From IMG/VR virus record IMGVR_UViG_3300042452_000572: a stretch of DNA of 64,000 bases. One strand, written 5' to 3'. The notes beneath the pieces are model-generated. The model did not search any database. It had not been told where the DNA came from and saw only the letters and a program-made list of their open reading frames with translations. Numbering within the stretch: position 1 is the first letter of the stretch; every line of letters starts with the position of its first letter. The stretch comes from an uncultured virus (IMG/VR IMGVR_UViG_3300042452_000572). Its lineage: Duplodnaviria; Heunggongvirae; Uroviricota; Caudoviricetes. A program made the position numbers and the translations under genes. Shown here piece by piece: positions 17,959 to 25,886 of this stretch.

Positions 17959-17974
17959 TACAAATCATTGATCA

Positions 17975-18003
17975 ATTATAGCATAGCTTGACAAGATGTT
18001 CAA
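17975..18003 (-). promoter_or_regulatory. Sigma70 promoter for gp55-gp47-gp46
   Basis: TTGAAC-N17-TATAAT with an extended TGn element. Confidence 0.75.
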
Positions 18004-18016
18004 ATGTCTGTAGAAT
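17988..18016 (+). promoter_or_regulatory. Divergent plus-strand sigma70 promoter (antisense to the genes on its right)
   Basis: TTGACA-N17-TAGAAT; no plus-strand gene follows. Confidence 0.6.
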
Positions 18017-18045
18017 AACTCTGTCAGGGTTGAAGGTAATATAGC

Positions 18046-18468
18046 TTAACTACTTTTAGTATTATAAAGCTTCTCTAGAAGATCTCTAGCATCATCAACA
18101 GAAGAAATATATCCCATCTCTTTACTGATATCTGGATGAGACTGTTTGAACCCTACATTGACAACATGTTTGTAAGTTTCAATGATGTCTTCATCTTTGA
18201 CTTCACTAACTGTAATGATCCTTGAAGTTTCAAGTAAAAACATTTGATCAGTAGAAAATTTTATCCATGGTTCAAATTTATACCCAGAGGGTATATTCGT
18301 TCCAGGGGAACGAATTTCTACACAGATAACTGGGTTATCTAGCATAACATGTTCAGGATTAGTTTTATCAATAATGATAAGACAAAGAACTTCTTCACCA
18401 CTGATAAGTTTTACTGAAGCGTAAAACTCATCGTATAAATCATCAGATTTTGACTTGAATGATTTCAT
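18046..18468 (-). CDS. Conserved T4-like cyanophage hypothetical protein (between uvsW and gp55)
   Basis: FYASVKLISGEEV...FEPWIK...MGYISSVDDARDLLEKLY. Confidence 0.8.
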   Translation of the reverse strand: MKSFKSKSDDLYDEFYASVKLISGEEVLCLIIIDKTNPEHVMLDNPVICVEIRSPGTNIPSGYKFEPWIKFSTDQMFLLETSRIITVSEVKDEDIIETYKHVVNVGFKQSHPDISKEMGYISSVDDARDLLEKLYNTKSS

Positions 18469-19891
18469 AATTAAACTTCTCCTCGTTGTAGTATTTTATA
18501 CGTTCGATGAGATGGTTGAGTGTATAGTTTGATCTTGACCCTTTTTTACAATCGTCTGCTATATCGTATAGTGTTGCTTTGATTTTATTTTCGCTTTTTC
18601 TCAGTACTCTACCGATTGATTGTAGTGTCCTAATTCTGGACTTGCTTGGAGATGAGAAAATAACGTTGTGCAAGTTCTTGATGTTGATGCCAGTTGAGAA
18701 TGTTCCGAAAGAAGCAATGATGATTGCGTTGTTTTCCTTTTCAGTAATTCTTCTGACTTCTTCTCTTTCTTCAACGTCCACGCCACCGTGAACGAAGAAT
18801 ACTCTTCGATCACTAGTATTTATGAGGTCATAAAGAACCTGTCCATGTGCGGAGACCCGACTAAAAAGGATCAAAGTATTTCCTTTAAGATCGTGTGCAA
18901 GATTTTTAATAAACTTGTTTCGTTTTTCGTGTCCAATTAAATATTGAACTTCATCTTCATACGTTTCAAATTTTTGTGGATCATGTTTTAGAAGTAAAAC
19001 TTTAATACCTAGTTTAGCTAAGTATCCAGCATCTTGCAATTCTTTTGTATTGATAATTTTATATGATGGACCAAACAATCCTTCAAGAACCCACTTATGG
19101 GTTTGTGTTCCATCTAGAGTTCCTGTAAATCCATAGCGATACTTTGCATCACCAAGTTTTGTCATGATACTAATCAGTGACTTAGATTTGAATTGATGAG
19201 CTTCATCACCAATTACAACCTGATATGGTGCAAACCATTTTCTATCCATTTTATAAATGGACTGCCAGGTTGTAATAACAACACTTTTATCAGTTATTCG
19301 TTCTTTACCTGAATAAATTTTGTGGCAGTTTCCTTCAGCGTCCCAACCGTAGTCTTCAAAATCCTTGTACATCTGTTCAACAAGGGATGTTGTAGGAACC
19401 ACAATTAAAACTCTCCTTCCTGCTTCTGCATGATATCTACAGACAGCATAGATCATTAAAGACTTGCCAGACCCCGTAGGACTAATCAGAAGACGCCTGT
19501 TACGCCTCAAAGCGTCATAGATACCTTCTAGTTGATAATCGCGTGGAGGGTACTTGGAGACGCTTGTAACGTAGTCTTTGACGCCCTCTTCAGACACCAT
19601 ATCATTTTCTTCATACGGTAATCCGTAAAATTTATTATTTTCAAATTCAAACGTATAATTATATCGTTCACAAAAAACTTGTAGTTTATCAATTAGTCCA
19701 GCATAAATTTCAGACTTCTCAATGTTGAACAGTCTAATCTTTCCATCCCAGTATTTGTTTCGATACTGAGGCATAAACTTTGCATTTGGGACATCAAACG
19801 TAAATTGATCTTGCAATTCATATTTGATGTGAGGATCACATTCAATCTTCAACCAAACTTCATTCTTCTTACTTATAATTAGATCAGCCAT
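18443..19891 (-). CDS. uvsW: SF2 DNA helicase UvsW
   Basis: PRDYQ, SPTGSGKSL, VPTTSLVEQM, GDEAH, GFTGTL, QSIGRVLR. Start at MADL (19891). Confidence 0.97.
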   Translation of the reverse strand: MADLIISKKNEVWLKIECDPHIKYELQDQFTFDVPNAKFMPQYRNKYWDGKIRLFNIEKSEIYAGLIDKLQVFCERYNYTFEFENNKFYGLPYEENDMVSEEGVKDYVTSVSKYPPRDYQLEGIYDALRRNRRLLISPTGSGKSLMIYAVCRYHAEAGRRVLIVVPTTSLVEQMYKDFEDYGWDAEGNCHKIYSGKERITDKSVVITTWQSIYKMDRKWFAPYQVVIGDEAHQFKSKSLISIMTKLGDAKYRYGFTGTLDGTQTHKWVLEGLFGPSYKIINTKELQDAGYLAKLGIKVLLLKHDPQKFETYEDEVQYLIGHEKRNKFIKNLAHDLKGNTLILFSRVSAHGQVLYDLINTSDRRVFFVHGGVDVEEREEVRRITEKENNAIIIASFGTFSTGINIKNLHNVIFSSPSKSRIRTLQSIGRVLRKSENKIKATLYDIADDCKKGSRSNYTLNHLIERIKYYNEEKFNYEIIQVKI

Positions 19892-20333
19892 ATCCAGCAG
19901 TGAACCTTCGCCATTCAATTGCATTCTTGATTTGGTAGGTTCTGTTAGAAATCTGCTTCAGGATCTCTTCAAGATACTTCAGCATTGTGTCGTAATAATC
20001 GATCTTTAATCTTATCTTGCTGATTTTTTCGTCTGCTTCAAGATAAAGTTTTAGATCTTCTTTGTCTCTGACTTTGTATGGGAAGGGTTCGTCAATGTAA
20101 ACTTGCGTTTCCGCTTTCCCCATGTAAAATTTTCTACGTTCTAAAAGAATACTACTATGCTGCTGCTCTGCTTGTTTGCGAAGCAACAGTATAGTATTAT
20201 ATAGTTGGTAATATTTGGCGTGTAATTGAGGTATTTTTAGACTTTCTGTATCAAGTTCGTCTTGATTTACCTCACTATCTTTTTGCCACATTTCCTGGAT
20301 TACTTCCAGTGAAATACTAGACTTCTTTTCCAT
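19884..20333 (-). CDS. uvsY: Recombination mediator UvsY
   Basis: LDTESLKIPQLHAKY...YLEAD...RTYQIKNAIEWRRF. Confidence 0.93.
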   Translation of the reverse strand: MEKKSSISLEVIQEMWQKDSEVNQDELDTESLKIPQLHAKYYQLYNTILLLRKQAEQQHSSILLERRKFYMGKAETQVYIDEPFPYKVRDKEDLKLYLEADEKISKIRLKIDYYDTMLKYLEEILKQISNRTYQIKNAIEWRRFTAGYG

Positions 20334-20883
20334 CAATGTCAATCAAATCAAAAATAGTATAGCGGAATGTGCAAGTTGCGCTGTAGTATTGCTGCTCCTG
20401 CAACGTTGCATCGAAAGGAATTCCCGAAAGAAATGTTGGAAATATATCTTTAAAAATTACCTTTCCAGCAGTTTGATAATTGCTGTTCAAAATTAATAAT
20501 GTAGCATCAGATCTTTCACTATACGGATCATCAGCATCCGTATTTGGATAAAATCTATTTTTTGTTTGTAATTCAGAGTATTGTGCAACTGATTGTGGAT
20601 AACCCAATGATGTCATCCACTGGTAGATTTGGATATAGTTTTCTAATTCCTCATCTACCATAAAGTTAATTGTCAAATCTTCATATCTAAGTTTGTCTCC
20701 TGGAACAGGAATGTCTTTTAGATATGTTGATTGTACTGCACTGCCCAATGTCATCCCTGGTAAATTTGCTTTGTTGCAAAGAAAATCTACCTTTGGACAC
20801 CTATTAATAATAAGTTTGAACCCACCTAATGACAGAAAGTTTTTATTTGAAACTTGCTGTAAGGTACAAGGATTATTGGACAA
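20317..20883 (-). CDS. gp3: Tail tube terminator/completion protein (T4 gp3)
   Basis: NFLS..GFKL...PKVDF...ANLPG..LG...PGDKL.YEDL...FMVDEELENY, SDATLLILNSN. TTG start. Confidence 0.92.
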   Translation of the reverse strand: MSNNPCTLQQVSNKNFLSLGGFKLIINRCPKVDFLCNKANLPGMTLGSAVQSTYLKDIPVPGDKLRYEDLTINFMVDEELENYIQIYQWMTSLGYPQSVAQYSELQTKNRFYPNTDADDPYSERSDATLLILNSNYQTAGKVIFKDIFPTFLSGIPFDATLQEQQYYSATCTFRYTIFDLIDIDGKEV

Positions 20884-20907
20884 GTCAGCTTCCCAAGCTA
20901 GGACTAT

Positions 20908-21069
20908 TTAGTAGCGATATTCCTCGATCTTATTCAAAATTCTATCAATATAACTATTTGCCAAACCCTTCATGTCCATGTCATGGCGAATATGTTCCCT
21001 GTAAAGATCTTGTTTGATCTTCAAAATATCTATTTTAATTTGATCTTTCGTAAGTTGATTTCTAGGCAT
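20908..21069 (-). CDS. Small hypothetical protein (53 aa; MPRNQLTKDQIKIDILKIKQDLY...)
   Basis: Translated by hand; helical and charged. Its TAA forms part of the TAAATA promoter for gp3. Confidence 0.7.
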   Translation of the reverse strand: MPRNQLTKDQIKIDILKIKQDLYREHIRHDMDMKGLANSYIDRILNKIEEYRY

Positions 21070-21072
21070 TGA

Positions 21073-21180
21073 TCATCTCATCTCGTCGTGTGCTAGTTTT
21101 AAAATATAATAGATGCAATAACAAGTGAATAATAATCCACAGGAAAGTATGGTAAAAACTCCCCAAGGAAAATCACCCAT
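21073..21180 (-). CDS. Small single-pass membrane peptide (35 aa; MGDFPWGVFTILSCGLLFTCYCIYYILKLAHDEMR)
   Basis: Translated by hand. ATG overlaps the PTOX stop (TAATG); hydrophobic core. Confidence 0.6.
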   Translation of the reverse strand: MGDFPWGVFTILSCGLLFTCYCIYYILKLAHDEMR

Positions 21181-21680
21181 TAGATCATCTCCATTGCTCT
21201 GGTTAGTTCAACATAATGGTTCATTTCATCAACTGCAATCTCAGCGATCTTTGTATCTTCCTGATGATCCCAGAAGTAATCTAGATAAGTTTCAGTTGCA
21301 TGAAACTCAATACCTGCATTCAAGTGATAAGCAGACTTAGCATTAATAAAATAATAACCCACCAAAATCCAATAATAGATGAGAACCAAGTGATAAGCAA
21401 TAAAACGGTCATACCAACGATCTGCACCACCGCGATTTTCCATTTCGATGAGATGTTCAGTTTCATTGACTGTCTGTGCGAAGTGTTCTTTCATCAGATA
21501 GTAATGTGCTTCCGTTCTCAAACCAAGGCTTTCTCTGAGATGAAGCACACTTAAAAAGGCAAAATAAGGTGCTCTAGCAATAGTCTCAAGCACCCAAAAT
21601 CTTTGTATTGGAAGATCCTGGTAGAGAAAATCAATGATTGTTACCGTTATTCCCAATAGTACATCGTTGAGTTTTTTCAT
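21180..21680 (-). CDS. ptoX: Plastoquinol terminal oxidase (PTOX)
   Basis: RFWVLETIARAPYFAFLSVLHL, NETEHL, IEFHATETY, DEMNH; all six di-iron ligands are recognisable. Confidence 0.93.
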   Translation of the reverse strand: MKKLNDVLLGITVTIIDFLYQDLPIQRFWVLETIARAPYFAFLSVLHLRESLGLRTEAHYYLMKEHFAQTVNETEHLIEMENRGGADRWYDRFIAYHLVLIYYWILVGYYFINAKSAYHLNAGIEFHATETYLDYFWDHQEDTKIAEIAVDEMNHYVELTRAMEMI

Positions 21681-21763
21681 GATGGATATCCGTTATGAAG
21701 ACCCCAATACACAAAATATACAATTGATCCATAAATTATTACTGCTTTTATAAGCAAGTCCAT
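21677..21763 (-). CDS. Small membrane peptide (28 aa; MDLLIKAVIIYGSIVYFVYWGLHNGYPS)
   Basis: Translated by hand; its TGA overlaps the PTOX ATG (ATGA). Confidence 0.55.
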   Translation of the reverse strand: MDLLIKAVIIYGSIVYFVYWGLHNGYPS

Positions 21764-21804
21764 GGCAATGTCAAACTCTGCTTTACTATCTATTGGTAGA
21801 CAAT

Positions 21805-21835
21805 AAAAAAGGACCCCCTTTTGTAAGGAGGTCCT
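21805..21835 (-). terminator. Rho-independent terminator after gp23
   Basis: Stem AGGACC.CCTT/AAGG.GGTCCT with a T-run on the minus strand. Confidence 0.85.
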
Positions 21836-21853
21836 GATAATTGTGATCCAAGA

Positions 21854-23257
21854 TCACATTAGGTTTTGTACCTTTACTCTTCTGTAGTAACGGTTGGTGT
21901 TCTCGGCAATGCGACCTGCACCAACGCCAGTTCCTTCTGCGAATGGATTTGCGACCATGCCGTAGCGTGTCTTGAATCCAATCTTTGGTTGGAAAGTATC
22001 CTGACCAACTGCACGAACCATCTGTAGTGGAACGTATGGGCAGTAGAAGATACCTGCGTCGTAAGGAGTTGAACCCTTATAACCCATGACGTAGTACTGA
22101 TCTGCGCTTAGGTTTGCAGCGAATGGATCGATGTATACCTTGAAGCGACCGTTTAGAGTACCAGCAAAGGTGTTACCAGTATCATCAACGTTTAGGTTTG
22201 CAGATAGTGCTGGGGTGTAGTCTAGTTGACCAGCAGCAGCAAGTGCAGAAGCAACGTCAGCAGAGCAAAGGATGATATTGCCCTTTCCTCTACGAGTTCT
22301 CTGAGCGATAGCATTAGCATCACGCTCTAGCTGGAACATTAGACCCTTGAACTTCTCAACCATCCAACGACCGTTGGAATCAACGTCTAGATCGAATACA
22401 CCAGCAGTTGCAACGTTGGTTTGAGCACCTGGTTCTGCAACTTTGTATAGTGTACGGATAATCTCGCGGTTGATTTCAGCAAGAATTTCAGTCGATAGGA
22501 TGTTTGCTAGTTCAGCTTCAGCATCAAGACCGTGGATTGCCTTAAGGTCTTGTGCTAGTTCTAGCGAGTACTCAGCTTTGAGTGCTCTTGACTTTGCGGT
22601 AACGCTAACTTTCTCGATTGAGAAAGCCATCTCACGGAAATCGTTTGAAGATGCGTTATCACCAAGTGCTTCTAGTGCTTGTGTGCTGAAACCTTGTGCT
22701 ACGTTGTAGTCACGACCAGCACCACCATTTAGGATCGATGGATTGGTTCCTGTCTGTGCAGTTGTACCAAAACCAACGCTGATGCCGTCGTCAGAACCAC
22801 CAGTGTAATCGCCTTGGGTTAGCGAAGCAGCACTGTTCTGAGCAGAGAATGCAGAATCTGGCTCGTTGAAGAATGCTTCAGTACCGCTCTGGTTGTCGTA
22901 ACGGGTTCTCATCGCAAAGATAAGACCTGTTGGACCGTTCATTGGTTGAACACCTGCTAGGTCATAAGCGACCAAGTTAGGCATTGCACGACGAATTAGG
23001 CTGATTAGAACTGGATCGAAACCAGCAACTGGAGAAACAGCTGAACCAGAGAAACCTGGGTTGCCAGTTGAGGAAGGATCAGTATTGATTGTTGGAGGTG
23101 CTTCAGTTAGGAAAGCACGCTCTTCTCTTAGAAATCTTTCTTGGTTTTCGAGAAGTTGGGCAGTAACTGCTCTTCTGTGGCTGTCCTTGATTGTATCAAG
23201 ACCATCTGCCTCTAGAAGAGGAGCCCACTTCTTCTGCAGTGCAGCAGAATTAAACAT
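21854..23257 (-). CDS. gp23: Major capsid protein (T4 gp23)
   Basis: KKWAPLL, LENQE, FDPVLISLIRRAMPNL, GVQPMNGPTGLIFAMR, TAKSRALKAEYSLELAQDLKAIHG, FQPKIGFKTRYG. Confidence 0.99.
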   Translation of the reverse strand: MFNSAALQKKWAPLLEADGLDTIKDSHRRAVTAQLLENQERFLREERAFLTEAPPTINTDPSSTGNPGFSGSAVSPVAGFDPVLISLIRRAMPNLVAYDLAGVQPMNGPTGLIFAMRTRYDNQSGTEAFFNEPDSAFSAQNSAASLTQGDYTGGSDDGISVGFGTTAQTGTNPSILNGGAGRDYNVAQGFSTQALEALGDNASSNDFREMAFSIEKVSVTAKSRALKAEYSLELAQDLKAIHGLDAEAELANILSTEILAEINREIIRTLYKVAEPGAQTNVATAGVFDLDVDSNGRWMVEKFKGLMFQLERDANAIAQRTRRGKGNIILCSADVASALAAAGQLDYTPALSANLNVDDTGNTFAGTLNGRFKVYIDPFAANLSADQYYVMGYKGSTPYDAGIFYCPYVPLQMVRAVGQDTFQPKIGFKTRYGMVANPFAEGTGVGAGRIAENTNRYYRRVKVQNLM

Positions 23258-23308
23258 GGTAGTTTGCTCCGTCTTGGGAAAAGTGTTTAGTGTTTACGAA
23301 AAAATCAA

Positions 23309-24400
23309 TCAGTTGAACTTAGTCAACGCATTTAGATAAGCTGCCATCGCTGGAGAAACATCTTCAGCAATTGCGTCTTCCGAGTTGACTTCTTGTGAAT
23401 TGGTTACAGGCTTTGAAGCAAAATATGCTTCACGTAGCGTAACAAGTTTTTCACGGTATTGTTCCTCACTATCAAACTCAACACCTTCAGCAAGACTTGC
23501 TAACTTTTCCTTTTGGGAAAGAGCAAGACCCTCACTTACTTCATCTAGGATGTTGTCCGAAACAGATTCCGATAAACGCTTGGTCAAAGCGATATTGGTA
23601 TCAATCTGTTCGTTGAGTTTTGTCTCCATTTCATCAAGTTTCTCGACCATAGCCTCAAGAACATTATATTTTTCTTCAGGGATTTCTACATAATGCTCTT
23701 CAAAAAGGTTCTTGAGACCTGTCATAAAGGACTCCGAGAGTTCACCTCTTAGTCCTGTTTCAACCTGTAGTGCGTTTTCGTTGATCCACTCATTAGAAAC
23801 ATATTCTAGATATGAATCAACACGCTCAGTTAGTTCGCTCTTGATTGTTTCTACTTGCTCAACAAGAGCAGAAGCATAACGGTTCTCAAGTGCTTCTTTT
23901 AAAGAAGCAAGCTTTGAACGAACCGCTGCTTCAAAAATTGTTTTTGCTTTCTCTTCAAATTCTTCGGAAAGTTCTTCGCCTTCTAGAAGTGCCTTTACAT
24001 CTTCTTCAAGATCTAATTCTTCTTCCTCTTCCTCAGGTGTTTCTTCAACCTGATTTTCTAGTTCTTCAGTCTCAGCGATTACTTCCTCTTCTTCTTGCTC
24101 AACTTCTTCGTTAGCACCACGACCATATCCAGATGCTTTTAGTGCAGCAGGACCTGGTAGTTGTACTTTACCAGAAGCGCCTTTGAATTGAACATCGCCA
24201 GACTGAGCAAAAGATGCAGAAGGTGTCTTCATCTTATTGCTGTCATCAGTTGGTTTTGAATTCTGAGGAGTTGGACCGCCAAGATTCTCGATAGAACCAG
24301 CGTCAGGTACATAATTTGGTGCCTTTGGCATTGGATCGGCAGCCTTAGCACCACGGGTTACCTGGTTTTCCATCTCATGTAGTTCGTTATTAACGGTCAT
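23309..24400 (-). CDS. gp22: Prohead core scaffold protein (T4 gp22)
   Basis: Acidic coiled coil with LSEEFEEKAKTIFEAAV and VDSYLEYV..EW..EN; directly upstream of gp23. Confidence 0.93.
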   Translation of the reverse strand: MTVNNELHEMENQVTRGAKAADPMPKAPNYVPDAGSIENLGGPTPQNSKPTDDSNKMKTPSASFAQSGDVQFKGASGKVQLPGPAALKASGYGRGANEEVEQEEEEVIAETEELENQVEETPEEEEEELDLEEDVKALLEGEELSEEFEEKAKTIFEAAVRSKLASLKEALENRYASALVEQVETIKSELTERVDSYLEYVSNEWINENALQVETGLRGELSESFMTGLKNLFEEHYVEIPEEKYNVLEAMVEKLDEMETKLNEQIDTNIALTKRLSESVSDNILDEVSEGLALSQKEKLASLAEGVEFDSEEQYREKLVTLREAYFASKPVTNSQEVNSEDAIAEDVSPAMAAYLNALTKFN

Positions 24401-24435
24401 TTTTTCTTTCCGAGAATACCTAGAATTTCTGTTAT

Positions 24436-24443
24436 TATTTATA
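24436..24443 (-). promoter_or_regulatory. T4 late promoter TATAAATA for gp22-gp23
   Basis: Exact T4 gp55 consensus in the gp21-gp22 gap. Confidence 0.85.
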
Positions 24444-24445
24444 AA

Positions 24446-25093
24446 TTATAGATTTGATAGGAAGTTTCCAAAGAGACGTAGTTTATTTGCCTCTAAGATG
24501 TCCCTGTCTACTAAAGTATTTATTGTCTTCTTAACTTGTTCACATTGGACTTCACGTAGAACTCCACCATCCCATACCCATTCTTTTCCTTCCATGATGC
24601 CATCAACAAAAGCATCAGGAGCAGAAGGATCTGCTACAATATCAGCAGCGGTTGCAAGCATAAAGTCTTCACCAACATAATTAATACCATCTCTTTGATA
24701 GATGGATCCCATTCCTCTAGAAGAAACACCAAGTTTTACACCTTCACCAATGAGTGAAGATGCAATTTTACCCATTGGTGTACTAAGAATTTGTGCTTTA
24801 CCAATAAAATTATTTCCTTCTTGCGTTAATGAAACAATTTTATGTGATACACGGTCAAGATTGATCTGTGGACCATCTGGATGACCTAATTCCCCAAGAG
24901 CACGACCTTTATCAATAAAGGTTTCAGTATAACGCTTTACTTCATTCATCATTGTATCAAGCTTGTAGCAACGTCTATTACGGTTGACTACTTCAGCTTG
25001 AAGAAATGGTCCTTGGATATAAAGAGTTTTCTTACCACCTTTTTCTTCGGTGATAACTTCTACTGCTTCGATCTCTTCGGAAATTAGTTTCAT
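24446..25093 (-). CDS. gp21: Prohead protease (T4 gp21)
   Basis: FLQAEVVNRNRR, ALGELGHP, GVSSRGMGS, DIVADPSAPDAFV. Confidence 0.97.
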   Translation of the reverse strand: MKLISEEIEAVEVITEEKGGKKTLYIQGPFLQAEVVNRNRRCYKLDTMMNEVKRYTETFIDKGRALGELGHPDGPQINLDRVSHKIVSLTQEGNNFIGKAQILSTPMGKIASSLIGEGVKLGVSSRGMGSIYQRDGINYVGEDFMLATAADIVADPSAPDAFVDGIMEGKEWVWDGGVLREVQCEQVKKTINTLVDRDILEANKLRLFGNFLSNL

Positions 25094-25662
25094 CCTAGTT
25101 GAACCTCGTGTAAATGAGCAGTCGATCCAGATGAAGTTTCTGGTGCCATAACAAATACAACAGACTTTCCAACCGTTGCAATTCCAGCAAATGCAGTAAT
25201 AATTCCAGTGGTATTTACATTTACTGTAATTGTTTGAGTATAATCATTCCATTGCTGTGGAGAAGAAATATTCAATACTTCTTTATGAAAAATTGCATTA
25301 TTATATGCTGCAACAGAAGAACCAACTAAAGTAATATAATCACCCTTTTTAATTTTAGTATCAGGATGGTTTAAAGTTAATGTAGTTGTAGTTCCTGTTT
25401 GTATGCCAGTTACTACTGCTTGAGCTGGATGAGCGTATCTATACAAAAAATCTGTACTTGGATTTACGTGGAATGATTTTATTCCGATAGGATCTGAAGT
25501 GGTATTGCACACTCCAATATGTGCTCCTTTTCCAACATCATTAATACAAATATATAAAATGCCAGTTTTAACAATATGTGGACTTGAATTTTTAGACGTG
25601 GTATTATTTGATGTAAGTTCTCCAAAGTCTTGCACAAGACTTAGTGGTTGTGATGCGCTCAT
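25090..25662 (-). CDS. Hypothetical protein in the head module (probably virion-associated)
   Basis: Thr-rich, beta-type composition; ATGA-coupled on both sides. Confidence 0.7.
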   Translation of the reverse strand: MSASQPLSLVQDFGELTSNNTTSKNSSPHIVKTGILYICINDVGKGAHIGVCNTTSDPIGIKSFHVNPSTDFLYRYAHPAQAVVTGIQTGTTTTLTLNHPDTKIKKGDYITLVGSSVAAYNNAIFHKEVLNISSPQQWNDYTQTITVNVNTTGIITAFAGIATVGKSVVFVMAPETSSGSTAHLHEVQLG

Positions 25663-25856
25663 TCTCCCTCTTCGGTTTCGATTTCATCAGTAACTTCAAC
25701 TTCATCTTCTGCCCCAAACAAACCATTAGCAACTGCTGGTTTGAGAGCATCAACCTTTTCACTTGCTTTTGCAAACAAAAGACCTTTGATATAATCGGAA
25801 ACTTCTGATGACGGAGCATCAGAAACTACCATATCAATTAATTCTGCAGAATCCAT
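25659..25856 (-). CDS. Small acidic prohead-core-like protein (gp67-position)
   Basis: 65 aa with an acidic tail, directly after the portal gene. Confidence 0.7.
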   Translation of the reverse strand: MDSAELIDMVVSDAPSSEVSDYIKGLLFAKASEKVDALKPAVANGLFGAEDEVEVTDEIETEEGE

Positions 25857-25878
25857 AATTTGTAAAAATGCCTGTATT

Positions 25879-25886
25879 TATTTATA
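25879..25886 (-). promoter_or_regulatory. Late promoter TATAAATA
   Basis: Overlaps the gp20 stop codon; a second TAAATA lies at 25875-25880. Confidence 0.75.

Noticed and set aside
23985..24110. TTC-rich low-complexity tract
   Set aside because: It encodes the normal Glu-rich region of scaffold protein gp22.
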